A DNA stretch of 64,000 bases from the human T2T-CHM13v2.0 reference genome, Homo sapiens. Below the pieces are notes generated by a model. It was not told where the DNA came from and made no database searches. It saw only the letters and a program-made list of their open reading frames with translations. A program made the position numbers and the translations under genes. Shown here one piece after another: positions 13,941 through 32,210 of this stretch; the stretch's first letter is position 1; each line of letters begins with the position of its first letter. Location of the stretch: the NCBI RefSeq assembly GCF_009914755.1, contig NC_060932.1. The stretch is one strand, 5' to 3'.

Positions 13941-16287
13941 AAGAAAAAGTGGCATATTAGTCAGTGTCATGTAAAATAGAGGGTCATGTGAACGTAGCTC
14001 ATCTTGTCCATGTGGTGAAAAAGAACCACTAAAATATTTTCAGAAAGCAGGGACAGAGTCAAATCTGGAGATTAAAGATGTCTTCACTACATGCACAAGA
14101 GATGGAAGGGAAGAGGAAAAATTTTAAAGCAGAGAATATTTCCACTGGACTATAAAATAAAATAAATTGTGAAGGGGGGGATAAGATTATGTCAGAAAGA
14201 GATTGAGGTTCTTTAAAGTTCTTGGGGGCATTTGGGTACACTTTCTTTTTCTCCTTCATAGCCTCATTTCCTTGCTCTGTATATCACCTGGTCCAGATTT
14301 TATAATGGTGAATAAGACATTATATGTAGATTGACTGCCTAAATAATGTTATTCAAGAACAGTAAATTTGTTTCATTACCTTCTTGACAGTCAATCCCAT
14401 GGTGATCAGGATATGAGAGAGAAATGAATGTAAAGTTAATACAGTCGAGTTTAAAAGGATAAATATAGTCACAAAAAATATTAATAGAAAGATAAAGTAG
14501 CCAAGCTGGGGGAACCTTACTTTTGTGATTGCAGAACACAGAAAAGTTAGTAAACATGTTTTAATTTTGGCTAAGTTTTACTTATTCTACTGAGTCAGAA
14601 ATAATGGTTCTAAATAATCTCAAACAAACTCTAAAATGTGGTTAAATATAAGCTTACATGCAAAAGAGAATAGAATGACATGCAGTTTTAACCATTTTTA
14701 TAAATGATAAGTAAATACAGCACATAAAATTTATGTGTGTATGTATGTAAGAATAATTAAAATATAATTCTTAAACTATCTCTCTTGAAATATTTATTTA
14801 CTCTGACATCTATGTATGTGACTGAATTTATCAGATAGAGTTAAATAACACATGATAAAATATGTTTGGCAAAATTTCTAGTTTCTGCTTTTAATGTCAT
14901 AAATCTATTTAGGTAAAGGGTTTGATATAAGATTAAAATAGAAAACCTAATATATAGTAATAATACGCAGTGAATATATCAGAAAATGTAATCACAAAAA
15001 TACTAAATATACAGTCTTTGCAAAATGTTATCCAGTTTTCTGAGCATATGGGTCTTGTATTGTCTGAAAATGTAGAGTCCCTCTATGCCTTATTTGACTT
15101 TCAGTGCAAGGAATTATAAAAGCTAGAGGTATAGATGAATTATTTGTAGGAGAGAATCTAGAGAGTGACACAGAAGGAGAAAGTAGCAAATGGAAAGGGA
15201 AATTTCTTTTATGCTCCTTTCTGTAAATGCACATTTTTTAGTTTAGGGAGAGATTTGAACTGAGTAATCCTTAATTATTCTATTAGCATGAGGTTCATCG
15301 GAGAAAAACATGAAAAGAAAGCTTGGATACACTGTTACAATTCTTTCTTTGTATTTTCTATTTACTTTTGACACTTGTGTTTTTACTTCTAGCTTTGGAG
15401 GGTTTATCTACTATTAATAACATATAAGTGAATTCCAATAATTAAAAATTTTTCATGATTCCAGTATCATTTGATTAAGAACAAATATATATCAATCAAG
15501 AGAATCACAATGATTTACGTAAGAAAAGTAAAGGAAGATAATTTTTAGACCTTTGCCATTGAATAACGATCAATCTATTTCTTACTTGATAGGTAAGAAT
15601 GAACAATAAAATAAAAATATAAATTTTTAAAACTATAGCAACAGCTACTGGATTCTGTGTTGGCAAAGTAAAGCAAGGATACTTGTGAACATCTCATCTT
15701 TGTAAAAGTTTCAGTGCCCAAATATTTCATCCAGATACTATAAACATAACATATTTAATTCCTTTGAAAACTGTTTTTATAAGAACAGATAACTCTGTTG
15801 AATGAGAAGCTCTGTTTTTGCTGAATAGACTGGCCTTGTACAATGACTGAATCAAATGATCATTGGCTTAAATATTTTATTCTAAAAGTCAAGCATGTTA
15901 ATACTTAATTTCAATCTTTGCAAGCAGGTAAGAACTTCTTCTATTTTAAAAATGCATTCAACAAATAAATCTTTGTTGTGTTCTTCCTCAGTGCCAATCT
16001 CTAGAGATCTGTGATGAGTTAGAAACAGTTTCTGCCTTAAAAAGCCCACAATATTTCTGCATAAAAACAAAGCTAATAAACTAAGTAAGAAATTGGAGAC
16101 CTCAGGAATTGATTATGAATATAAACAAAGTCTTGTTAAAGTATAGATGTCACTTTTTCTGGTGGGATTTAGATATATTCTGTAGCTGCTAAATTTCATA
16201 GGGGAATAAAATAATAATAAGCCTGTTCTATAAGGGATTGTACAAAGCAGAAGTTGCTAATATATATTTCCTAGAAGAGTAATTTTT

Positions 16288-18990
<2,703 letters not shown>

Positions 18991-19899
18991 AGAGGAGTAA
19001 TTTTTATACAAAATTAAATTATCCTGAGGCATGAGTATCTTGTCATAGATATTTAGGTTAGAAATATATTCATTAGTAATTATTTTTATTTGAGGAGAAT
19101 CTTATCTTGCCTCTGGATATCATTATTACTCTATAGGAATAGCATGCAACAGAATGACATATTTATATGTAGGGAGAAAAACATGCCACATCTAATTTTT
19201 GACAAAAGACAGAAGATTGGAGATGGAAGAATAAAGGAGTAATTGTGATACAAAGAGGTCACATCCTACCATCTCTTGAATCTAATTTTGGAAGCTAATC
19301 TTTTTGCATATGTAGCTTTACTACAGTGATGTTTGTTGACACATGCTTAAAATAAGATTGAAAATTTATGTACAATCATTCGAATATGGATACATGTATA
19401 TATAGTTGAATATGTAGAAATATATATCTAGGATGCAACTTCAGAAGTGATATACAAAGCAGTATAATTACATATTTCATATTAGACATTTTGTGCTAAA
19501 ATTTTTCCGAATTCCAAGTAAATTATTGTTTTCAAAGGCCTATAAAATGTGAGAGAATGAATGTGTGATAATTCATGAGCTTGTTGAATATAAAATATTA
19601 AAAACATTTATGAGAGGATTTGGACTTCTAAACATCCCTACTGCTATCCTACTACTTCTCACCAGTTAACTGTTCCTAGTGGTTTTGTAAAGTAACTCTT
19701 CATCATTCATTTGGCCTATCTGAGTATCCTTAAATATGTTTCATATTAGAGAGACAATGTAAATGTTTAATATATTTTTCTCTTTGATAACCGATTTTCC
19801 ATTTTCAGAGTAATGAATTATTAATACTGCCTTTGTAACCAAACATTGTGTCCAAAATATTTTATTTCTCTATTTCTCTGTCTGATCAGCCCACTGGTC

Positions 19900-20595
19900 A
19901 CTTTTAGATCCCTAAGAGTGAAACAGCCAGACTTGATGTTCCTATAGTATGATGTGATATGAAGTGTACAACACCAGCCATAAAGTATTCTTTCCCCCAC
20001 AAATAAATTAAACATGAATGTATATAAGCTTTTACATCCAACTTCTCATCAGTACAATATGTGAGGGCTAAAGGTAATTAACATGTGCAGAATACAGGAC
20101 ATTTTCTAGTGCAATTGGTTCAGTTCCAATAGGTTTCTTGCAGAAAAAAAATTTAAAACAGGAGAGTGGGTCTGTTTAATAAAAAGGACTTGAGAGATAT
20201 AACAGTCATATACAGTGAGTGGATTTTGTTTAGTTCCTGATTCAAATAACTCAACTATATAATGACCTTTTCATGACAAAATGGGATTTTGAAAATGGAC
20301 TAGCATTAAATGATAGTAAGGGGCTATTTTCAATTTTGTTCTGTGTGAAAGCGCCATTGTGGTTACATAACAAAGGGTACTCATTTATTTATTTTTATTT
20401 ACTGCAACTTTCAGAGAAGAAATGACATAATGTTTGGGATTTGTTTTAAAACAGATCAACAAATATAAAAACTGTGAAGAATAGGTGAAATAATGATACA
20501 AAAAATGTTGATTGGTGTTGAAGTTTGATGTTGGTTTTGTTACATTTTTATATGTTCAGAAATTTTTATATTGAAAATTGTAAATTTTAAAAAGC
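19900..20595 (+). mobile_element. L1MC/ME-like 3' UTR fragment
   Basis: aaaaggacttgagagatataacag...tggattttgtttagttcctgattcaaa; gaaaatggactagcattaaatgatagtaagg. Confidence 0.65.
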
Positions 20596-20992
20596 TTAAC
20601 AATGGTTAGAGTTGCATAATCTTCCATCAATATGCCTACTATGCAATCATATAAGTGATGTTGGTGATTAATGTAACAAAATTGAGAAAATATGACAGAG
20701 AAGAAAGAGCAAAACTTTTGAGACATATCTGGATGTGATTATTTGCCTACCTAGTGACCTTGGGTAAGTTTATTAACCTCTTAGAGTTATAATTGCCCCC
20801 TATATGAAGCAAATACATTTTTCTATAAGGCTAAAATAGAATAGGCATTAAAAATGGCCAAGAAAATGTGTGGCATATATATTAAACCCTATAAATGTTT
20901 CCCATAATAATTGTTTTTGTGATGATGATGTTGCTCTTGTTATTATTCTCATTTCAGAATTCTTATTGGTCTTGGTTTAAAACTCTATTCGG

Positions 20993-21280
20993 GGCCAGGC
21001 GCGGTGGCTCACGCCTGTAATCCCAGCACTTTGGGAGGCAAGGTGGGTGGATCACGAGGTCAGGAGATTGAGACTATCCTGGCTAACATGGTGAAACCCC
21101 GTCTTTACTAAAAAAATACAAAAAAATTAGCCAGGCTTAGTGGCAGGCGCCTGTAGTCCCAGCTACTCAGGAGGCTGAGGCAGGGGAATGGCCTGAACTG
21201 GGAGGCAGAGCTTGCAGTGAGCCGAGATCGCACCACCGCACTCCAGCCTGGGCGACAGAGCGAGACATCATCTCAAAAAC

Positions 21281-21316
<36 letters not shown>

Positions 21317-21320
21317 ACAA
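20993..21320 (+). mobile_element. AluY with an (AAC)n microsatellite tail
   Basis: Y diagnostics (atcctggctaac, gagcttgcagtgagccgagatcgc); TSD aaaactctattcgg / aaagctctattagg. Confidence 0.95.
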
Positions 21321-23445
21321 AAAGCTCTATTAGGTCAAATGACTCTAACACTTTATCTTAACTTTATTGGCATTGGTGTCTTTAGAAAAGGAATCATTTT
21401 ACACTCCTTTCCACCAAAGCTAATGGTCTCAAATAGTCTTTTGTTCAACAAATGTGTTTTAAGCATCTACTATATACAGGCACAACCCTGCTTTAACAGC
21501 TGAAAATACAACACTGAACAAGATACAGAATGCTTCTGTCCTTGAGCAATTAATATGCTACTAGGAACATTACACTATGATTGGAAACATATGAAGATTT
21601 GTGATAATCTGTACAAAAGCATTGGGATGAAAAATTTGAATATGACCTATCTATACCAAAGTCAATATTCTCAACTAAAATAGTATGTTCACTGTATTTT
21701 TCTAAATATCATAACCAATAAAACTCATTTTCTATTTCTTTTATAATTTTTATTACATGTTCTAGTATTCATTTCTACATGTTCCATAAAATAAATAAGT
21801 GCAGTAAACTCTTTGTAAAATATAATAGATTTTAGTTATTTGGTTAAACTGGATCACTTTATTTTCATTATTTATTTTCTAATCTTATAAATAACTTTTT
21901 ACGAATATTGCTCTCTGTGTTCAAAAAAACCTGAGATATACGGCATAGTTTTAAAGATATATATAATTTTAAACATGTGTGTTTAGATAGGATACACATA
22001 TTTACAAGTAATTAAATATTAATAAATTAATAATTTATTAAATTTTCAAATAATTTAATATTAGTAATTAAACAAAAATATAGCTAATGGTTTGTTTCCT
22101 CCCTTCACATCTACTATAGTCAGATAGATAAGCAAACCATCAGTTAGACCAGAAAGCTCTGCGTTATCATTTTCAAATTTCTGCAGCAAAATTGTTCCAT
22201 TTCTTTAGTTCTGCTTATGTCACAGCATTTCTGGAGTAAGAAGGGAGGCCAATATTTAAAACTCTGACCTGTGGCAAGCTATTAAATTATTAATGTAACC
22301 TACTGGATAATGTGGTTTTTCCCCCATAAAGTAATTTCTTCCTATCCCTCCTACCCCTGCAAAATTTTAAGAAAGCCATTACATTTTCTATTTTGAAGGT
22401 AGGTGTTACATAGTTTTTGTTGTTGTTATTGTTGTTTAATTATAAGCCTGAAAGACAAATGTATTTTAAAAACCCTCTCACATTCATTTTCAAATTACTC
22501 ACATTATGATCCCGACTAATAGTATATTATTAGCCTTACTGATGTCTTTTTTTTTCTAAATTAGTTTTTATCTTTATAAGTACAATTGTTACTGTTAAGT
22601 CTTTATCATTACAGGCAGTTGTTTATTTTTAAATTTTAAATAGATGTTGTAATGATCTTTGGCTACATTGACCACTCAAGGGTTTTCTGTCTTTGGTGAT
22701 TTTCAGAAGGCTATTTTGTTTCATCTCCAATGAGAGACTAGATAGAGAATAATCATGACATCAGTCCATGTGCTCATCAGTTCATCTTATTTATTATAAG
22801 TTATGATAGACAAAAGTAGTAAAATAGAAGAAAGAGTACAGATCAATGACTTTTGGAAGTGCTATGGTAACAATCTTTTGTTTTATCACAGACTCCCAGG
22901 AATAAAGATACGGCTATAAAAATATGAAATTATTACATTAATTCATAAACTATTTATTGAGTGACAGGTGCCAGCACTAAGCCTGAGGCTGAGAATTTAA
23001 AGATGAATAAGGAAATATTTGCCCAAGATAGCTCACAGTTTAGTAGAGATCACAAGATTCAGATCGAAAGGTCACAGGGGAACTAGGGGAAACTATAGAT
23101 AAAAATCTTTTTTCTGTCTCTGAAATTGAATAGCATGTAGTGCGGCCTTATACATAAAGTTTCCTATTAGCTCACAAAATAGTTAAAGCCTCTGCCCTTT
23201 CTGAAATATTGTTGAAAATATGTTAGATTCAAGGATCTAAGTATGTTTTATTCTTTGCTCAAATTATTTGAAGGGGGGCATCTCTTTTTCTTAATCTGGT
23301 TTTTATTCCCAAGAAAGGCTGAAAAGCCATGTCCATGCTGGGTAGCCAGGAATTCAAGGGGAAAATAAAATAAGATTTTCATTAGTGGGCATGGAATCTG
23401 ATAGACTGCAAAGCTGTTCATAGACTTGCATACACCTCACAGCTT

Positions 23446-23465
23446 GGGTCAGGAGGTCAAGTTCA
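23446..23465 (+). promoter_or_regulatory. Candidate composite retinoic acid / nuclear receptor element (DR2+DR0, overall DR8)
   Basis: GGGTCA gg AGGTCA AGTTCA: three perfect RGKTCA half-sites in direct orientation, in sequence with no recognisable repeat. Function untested. Confidence 0.55.
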
Positions 23466-24147
23466 GCAAGGGCCTGAGCTGGCACAGACTATACTTTCCC
23501 TCTCCGCATGTGCCCAGCAGAGTGACTGTGCTGGGACTAGGGCAAATGCACAGGATTGTTTTGGTGCTTTACAAAACATTATGTGTTTACCAAAGTTATG
23601 AGAACATTCAAATAGATGTGCCAAATACTGTAAAGAGACCTGTGTATGCAATTCTTGAACATTTTCCTGTGCCGATGTATATTTGCTCTTTCAGCACATA
23701 GCTTCAAATTACCTACATGTGCCAAAAGACAGAGTAAAATATAGTAATTACCTTCTACCACCATTCAAATCAAACCTTGAAATAACAAATACATTAAGAA
23801 CTGTCCTGGATAAGTGAATCCTTCATTATTTCAATTCATAAACCATACCACGGGGACCACAGACTTTCTAACATAGCCCCCACTCATGCCTCAGGCATCA
23901 CATTTTCCTGTAAACACAGACATTTCAAAAAAATGAATGATAAAATAGTCCCAATTTAGCTGAAAAACTGAATATGTAATGTTGATTTTAGAACTATTAA
24001 ATGTAAATGAACTTTAAACAGCAGTATAATATTTACCATTATACATAGATTATTTATAATAAAGTACCAACTTCAGAATGGCCAGGAGAACCTTGCAGAT
24101 GAGATGAGCTCTGGACTGCACTTTGACAAAAATTCTTATATACACTA

Positions 24148-24562
<415 letters not shown>

Positions 24563-27339
24563 ATCAGTTGTGATAGTTGCCTTTAAAGGGCAGCAGTGAA
24601 AATGCTACACAAATGAAATATTTTACGTATTATTTAATTGACTATTCCCATTTTCAAATTATTTCAAAAAATTATGTTCAAGAATATCAAGAAAAACATG
24701 AGCTGCTGAAAGTATCAAACACTGCCTAGCCATTCAAAGAATTGTTTTTCATATTTTAACTACCACCTGGCAGTACAATTAAATTATTTCTCTGACTAAT
24801 TGAGTGCCAGCTTCTTTTTCTATTTTAAATTGAAGCAATGATGAGTTAAAGTATGCAAATACCTTAGAGTTCTCAGAGGAAAATACAACGTACATATAAT
24901 CACAATTTAAAAATCATTAACATTTTAATGTAATAAAGTGTCTTGCATTAAGCTAATCCTTAGAAAGTTATTGATTTGACAAATGATACTCTCATGTTTT
25001 TTTTTTTTTTTTAATCAAACATTTCGGATTTGGTGATCATTTGTAGTTTTAATTACAATTGAAACTGGGTCCTAAAATTTAGCTCACACTGTACTCAGAT
25101 GTATAAAGAGAAATATAATATATTTATTTTGTGTTTAAGCTAATTTGGATTTTCTGATGGGAGGAAGTATAACCAAGTGCTAAACCTATTTTAATTTTGT
25201 TTTAAATGCAGTGTTAGAATCAGTTCCTTCATGTAGTGATCTAGTCTTCTGCTTGCCTCCCCCTCCCCTTTTAAGATAACCTGCAGATGTACCAGTCAAT
25301 GGAAGCGGCTTACATGGTTTTTGACATCAGAGGGAATACTGGGAATACAGAGGGAATACATCAACACTGGGAACCCTATTGTGTCTTTGTGGTGTCCTTT
25401 GGTAGGTGATCATCTCCCTTGTCTGCCTGGTTGCTAGGGACCTCTTAAGGGCAAAGCATGGAGAGGGAAAATTAGGGACATACATATCACTCTCTTACTC
25501 TCTTTTTCTTGCCAATCCTCAGGCTAGAAAATGGATAGCCCTTTTGTTTGGTTTCTTTATGGTATCTTCCTTCCACTATGCAGCAAGCCCTATGCTTTCA
25601 AGCTCTAGGTGAAAGAGTTAGCAACCCTTTTGGAGAACACTAAGATCTGGAAACTCCAGCTTTGGGCTTTCATATGTTAAAAAAGGCAAAGTGACCACAA
25701 AGATACTTGGGGAAAAACATCTTAACACAATAAGCTGATCTGCAAGACTATCATAATCTTGCTAAATAATTCTGCCTTGCAGAAATTGAATACTAATATA
25801 TTCTTTCTCTTTTCATTTCTTCTGTAAGAAATCTTGTTTTCCCTGTAGATAGAGGATGCCTCAGGCCAACAAAGTGAAAGTCAAGTACACAGAAAAGTAA
25901 AAGAGAAAGCATATTAATATTTTTGATATTTTAAATTTTTTTCTAGCCAACTCTGTGTCACACAATTCTTTGTTGTTGTTGTTTTTAAAACTTGGTTTAA
26001 TTGTCGTGAGGTATACTATATTGAAAATGTTATAACATAGACATTTAATTGAGGCTGCAACAGTTAACGTGTATGTACTCATTTCTCGGTACAACGCATG
26101 TCTCTGAAAACCATATTCTTTATTATGTAATTCAAATTGATATTTATGTTTTCTTTTTGAACACATTCTTCTTCCTCTCCTACTTTTCTCCTTATGGTTT
26201 TACCCTTTTGCTTGGGGGTCTAAAGTCTGCATTGTTCTCTCTGCTTTACATACCATCCATCACTTAGGATAGCGTTAAAAGCCCAGTGACATTTTTTCCT
26301 CCTCTATGTATACTCCTTTGTAGCAATACCTTTATAATTTAGTCTGGTGAATATATTGACATTTATTACTTACAGCGTCCTTTTCTGTATACAATGTCGT
26401 AGTTTCAGGTTTTGTTTTTTACATTCTTGCATTCTCCCTAACTTTATTCATCCATCTATGATACAAACTATACCAAATTTATTTCTAATCTCACTTTCTC
26501 CAAGAAGAGTTCACCAATTAACACTAGTCCATTATAATCTTACTTTTATTCTATTTACCTATATTAGCTATCTGATTCATTATTTGTTTCAAAAGATAAG
26601 ATCCAATTTATCTTTTAATAATGTTGATGAAGTATTTTTGATTAGTCAAATTAAGATCTATTTCCATAATTTACAGAAAGACATACTATTTGCATATTGG
26701 GTGTATTTCTATTAAATACATTCCTATTTTTAAAATATCTACTTGCAACTTGCTTTGGTTTGATCTTTGTATATTTTTATTTACTTCATTCTTTACTTAG
26801 CACCCCTCACTTCATCTTATTGGTTCTCAACAGTTCTAAGAACTTTTTGTGATAGCAAAAATTCTTTTTGATAAAACAAATGAATGTGTTTTCCATTTGA
26901 GCCTCTCTTTTGTGATTCTGCCCTGCAATGCTCATGCTGTTTTCTCTATCATCCCAACTCCCATTATTCAGTTTGTTTCATTCTTTTCATTTTTCATTCA
27001 ATCTGTGTTGTTTGGTTTCTTATTCATCTCTTGTTTATAAATCTTCCTAAGGTTTTTATAATTTATTAGATAGTTTATTATAATCTCAGTCAAATTTATT
27101 TTTACCATCCCTATACTAATAATAGGATTCTATTTGACATTCAAAATTTTGATATATAATTGGTATTTCTTTATAATTGTGATATTGTTATTGCTGATTT
27201 GAGTAGAAACCTTATTAAGGCATTAATATCATCTATTTATTTTACACATTCACAAACATTCATGGATATCTCAAATTGCTTTTCAGACTGCCTGGAAATA
27301 TTTGCTGCTATCAACAAAGCAGGCACTCTGGGGAGTTAA

Positions 27340-27647
<308 letters not shown>

Positions 27648-27699
27648 ATTCATCACCATTATCAAGAACAAAATACAAAGATCATTCAGATTCACAGTT

Positions 27700-28060
27700 C
27701 CTAGTTTCAAAGAGCTCTTCCCACATTGTTGCTTCTATCTGAAGTCCCTTTCCAGCCATGCAAATATATACAATTATCCCTGAAGACTCAGGACAGTGCC
27801 ATTTCCTTCACAAAACCTTCTCTTGTTCACCTCTCTCCCAGCAACCAACCCATGTTTTATATCCTCCCTCTGATTAATGTCCAATGCTTGTCAAGGTTTA
27901 TCCCCTAATATTGTATATTCTGTAATGAAATGCATTTTTCTGAATGTGGATCTTCTCTTCCTCTGAGACTAGAAACATTAAAGCCAGACACTGTAGTGTT
28001 AATTCATCTTTATATCATTAGTGACCAGAGAACAGTAGATATACAATAAATACTGAAGAA
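27700..28060 (+). mobile_element. L2 3' fragment
   Basis: ccatttccttcacaaaaccttctc; gttaattcatctttatatc...caataaatactgaa. Confidence 0.55.
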
Positions 28061-28621
28061 ATCATTGGAACCCACATAAAATGATTTTTACAGGCAGGAT
28101 TTGGTTACAGTAAGTGGTCAAAGAAACTTTGCAAAATGAAATCTACTGGGGATTTTGTCTCCTCATGTGTACAGCTGGTCTCCTTCACTGAATCACATTT
28201 ATACACACTCATTGTACTATTTCATGCATAGTTTGCCCTTAGCTGTATAAATCTGTTTGGAAGCACAAAGCAGTACCATGATGGTGGGTAAAATAGTGCT
28301 CATCATTTGACTCCCTTTTATGATTGACATATTCTTGGTGAGATAGTAACATGAGCTAGGCAATTCTCTATGGATATTTAAAATGTGCTACCTGGTCACT
28401 GTGGAATACCTGAAAATATATAGATAGAGTTTTCTTGCCTTTAGAAATTCAAAGAAGATTATGTATAAAAATCAGGCTCAACACTTTTTCTGAACTTTGT
28501 TATAAGACTTACATATTAACCCTTATAAGAAGGATTAAGCTATAAATGCTAGCTATACAATATCTTATTTTTTTAATGACAAAGATTTTTATAAAAATAA
28601 AACATACAGTAATGTTAATAA

Positions 28622-28993
<372 letters not shown>

Positions 28994-29399
28994 TGAAAAT
29001 CTAACCAAAAAAACAGAATGATAGACAAAATATAATGTGTAATATATATGAAATGAAGTGCCCAAACATTTAAATAAAACTGGGACTGAATTTACTAGGA
29101 CAGAAGGGACAGCCTAAGTACCAAAAGAAAAAAAAAAAGAAAATAACTTGAGAAGAAAATATGTAAGTTGATGCTGAGGCTGGCTTGTGCTAGCCAGCCT
29201 AGGTAACTAGGAGGTTGGGTCTAAGACCCATAAAGAAACAGAAAAGAGAATTATAACCGAGGCCCAGTTTAGTTTACTTAAGAAAGCCAGAACTCTCAAC
29301 TAGCTACCTGTTAGTAAAGTGGTGTACTAAAAAAGGCCCAACCTCTGGAGAGAGAGATGACTAAAAGATTGACTTTTGGGCCAGTTCTACAAATAGATT

Positions 29400-32210
29400 T
29401 TTTTCCTGTGATAAATATAGGTTTGGAATTTGAATTTACTCTACCTATGTGCTCTAGCAACATCCAGATAAGGAATTAACATAAAAATGTTCACATTTCA
29501 TAATACCCATAGGGAGACTTTCAAAGGAAATAAAAAAAAACTTACTGAAGATTCATTTTCAACCCATGCTATTGAAAGCACAAAAGATAAAGCCCCACTC
29601 AAGACTGATTGAATCCAAAATACAAGACACAACACAAAGAAACAATCCCATATAAGCAAGAGTCAGTAGATACAAACAAAGTAGCACAAGTCTTCTGATC
29701 TTGTTACATAATAGAAATATTGGAGAAAAGGGACTAAATAAATATTTTTTAAATGATAAAAAGTATAAGAAAATGATGGATAAAAAATGAGAAGTGAGCA
29801 AGATACTATGACTAAAAATCAGATAGTTTGGAAAAAAATCAAATAGATCTGAAATTTTAAAAAATATATTTTCCTTAATATTACACATTGATAAGATGAT
29901 TAGCTAATTAGAATTGTATGTTTGAAGATATTACTCAGAAAGAGAAATATTGAGGTAAACACACTGAAAACCTAAGGCATATATAAGATAAACTAAGAAA
30001 TCCAACATTCAGTTCACAAAAATTTTATGAAGACAGAAAATAAAAGTGGCTATTCAAAAGATAATATCTGAGAAAGTCGAAATATCATTTGAGTCTTCTG
30101 ATTTAGGAAACAGAAGCAGGATAAGTGATATGGTTTGACTTTGTGTCCCCACCTAAATATTATCTTAAATTGTAATACCCAGTTGTTGAGGGAGGGACCT
30201 GGTGGGAGGTGATTGGATCATGGGGGCAGTTTCCCCCATCCTGTTCTCGTAGTAGTCAGTGAGTTCTCATGAAATCTGACGGTTTTATGTGTTGGACAGT
30301 TCCTCTTTTGCAGGCGCTCTCTTTCCTACTGTATTGTGAGAAAGGTACTTGCTTCTTCTTCACCTTCCTCCATGACTGTAAGTTTCCTGAGGCATCCCCA
30401 GCCATATAAAACTGTGAGTCAATTAAACCTCTTTCCCTCCTAAATTACTCAGTCTCAGGTATGTCTTTATGGTAGTGTGAAAACAGACTAATACAATAAG
30501 TAAAATAAAAATTAACATCTACGGATTCAAATAGAAGTAAAACAGAATATAAGAGAAAGAGAAGGTCAGAAAGCTGGCTAGAAGAAAAATACATTGTTTA
30601 CTGAAAAAAAAAACAGCAATTAAACTGATAGCATTGAAAGAAGCCAGACTATGATGGGATATTCAAAGTGACGGTACTATCACTATAACTAAACAGAAAC
30701 GATAACTGCAAATTTAGGTATCTAAGCTATCTTTTAGAATGAAGACAAAATTAACATTTTCGGACAAGAACAAAGAATCTTCCATGATCAAAACCTTGCT
30801 GAAAGAACTTTTTAAAAAGAATATTCTTCAGAAAGAAGTGAAAATGACCCAGAAGTATGGTGTGAGATGCAAAATAAAATGGTGATGTTGGCATAATGTT
30901 TGACAAATAGAACAATAAGACCAATAGAATAGAGAATTTTAAAAAAACATATTGCAGGAATATACTAACCTGATTTATGATTAAGGTGACATTGCAGTAC
31001 AATAGAAAAAGTGCTGAATCAATATCCACACGGAAAAATTGTACTTGATACCTACTGAACACCATGCACAAAATTCAATTCCAGATTAATTGCTCATGTA
31101 AAAGGTATAATAATAAAGTTTTTGGAAAAAAATAGGAGGATATCTTTATGACCTTGGAGTTGGCAGATTTATTAAACAGAACATAAAGTGAAAAAGAATA
31201 AACTAGACTTCCTTAAAATTAAACATTCCTATTCAACAGGATTTTACTCTCTTAACGTTAAGAGACTAAACAGACTAGCTACATAGTAGAGGAAGTAATT
31301 AGCAATACATATATCTGGAAAAAAATCTCATATTCAGAATCTATAAAGAATCTTTATAAGTCAATCACAAAAGACAGAAAACCCAATAGAAAAAATGGCA
31401 AAGGAGCACTTCCATAGAGGATCTCCAAATGATCAAAAAAGCATATTAAATGTGCTCATCTTCAGTAATCATAAGTTCACTCAAAATTAAAGCTGCAATG
31501 AGATACCATTACATAAATCCCCAGAATAAAATGAATAAGACAGATATAGCAAGTATTGGAAATAACGTGAAGCAACTAGGACTCGTACAGTGCTGGTGGC
31601 AAAATAAATTATTGTAACTACTTTGGAAAATTGTTTGATGGTAGCTATAAACATATAAATATAAACAAGCTGAATATATGTATAACTTAGGCACCAGTAA
31701 TTACACTGTCCAATATTATACCCAATAGAAATGATTACATATAGTCCCTACGGTAAATGCACAAAATTATTTCCAGTGGCCCTGTTGCTAACAGCAAGAA
31801 ACAACGATGAAAAAGAGGATCAACCTAAATTTTTGTTTACAAGAGAACAGATAAATTGTGGAATACTTATAAAATACCATACAGCAAAGAGAATAAAAGA
31901 GCAAAAGCTACTCTCAAAACCAAGAATATGTACCTTAAACACAATAAAATAATATTGAAAAATTAAAAACAGACACGAAATAATAAATACTGCATGATTC
32001 CACTTATGTCTAATTCAAATACTAAGCCAGTGAGCTAGAAGCAATTAAAACAGTGCTTACCATTGGGGAATTGAAGGGATCAGAAGATACACGAGAAAGC
32101 TTCTAAAATTGTTCATGTGTTTTAGTTTTTGATTTGGATGCTGGTTACATAGGTATGTTCACTTTATCAATCTGTACACTTATATAAACTTCAATAATAT
32201 TTGCCAAAAC
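29400..32210 (+). mobile_element. Old L1ME-like element, fragmented (ORF1 remnants to 3' UTR), interrupted by THE1
   Basis: tatctttatgaccttggagttggcag; ctactttggaaaattgtttg; tactgcatgattccacttat; ctggttacataggtatgttcacttt. Confidence 0.75.
30126..30495 (+). mobile_element. THE1D-like solo LTR
   Basis: tgatatggtttg...actaataca; perfect 5-bp TSD ATAAG. Confidence 0.93.
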
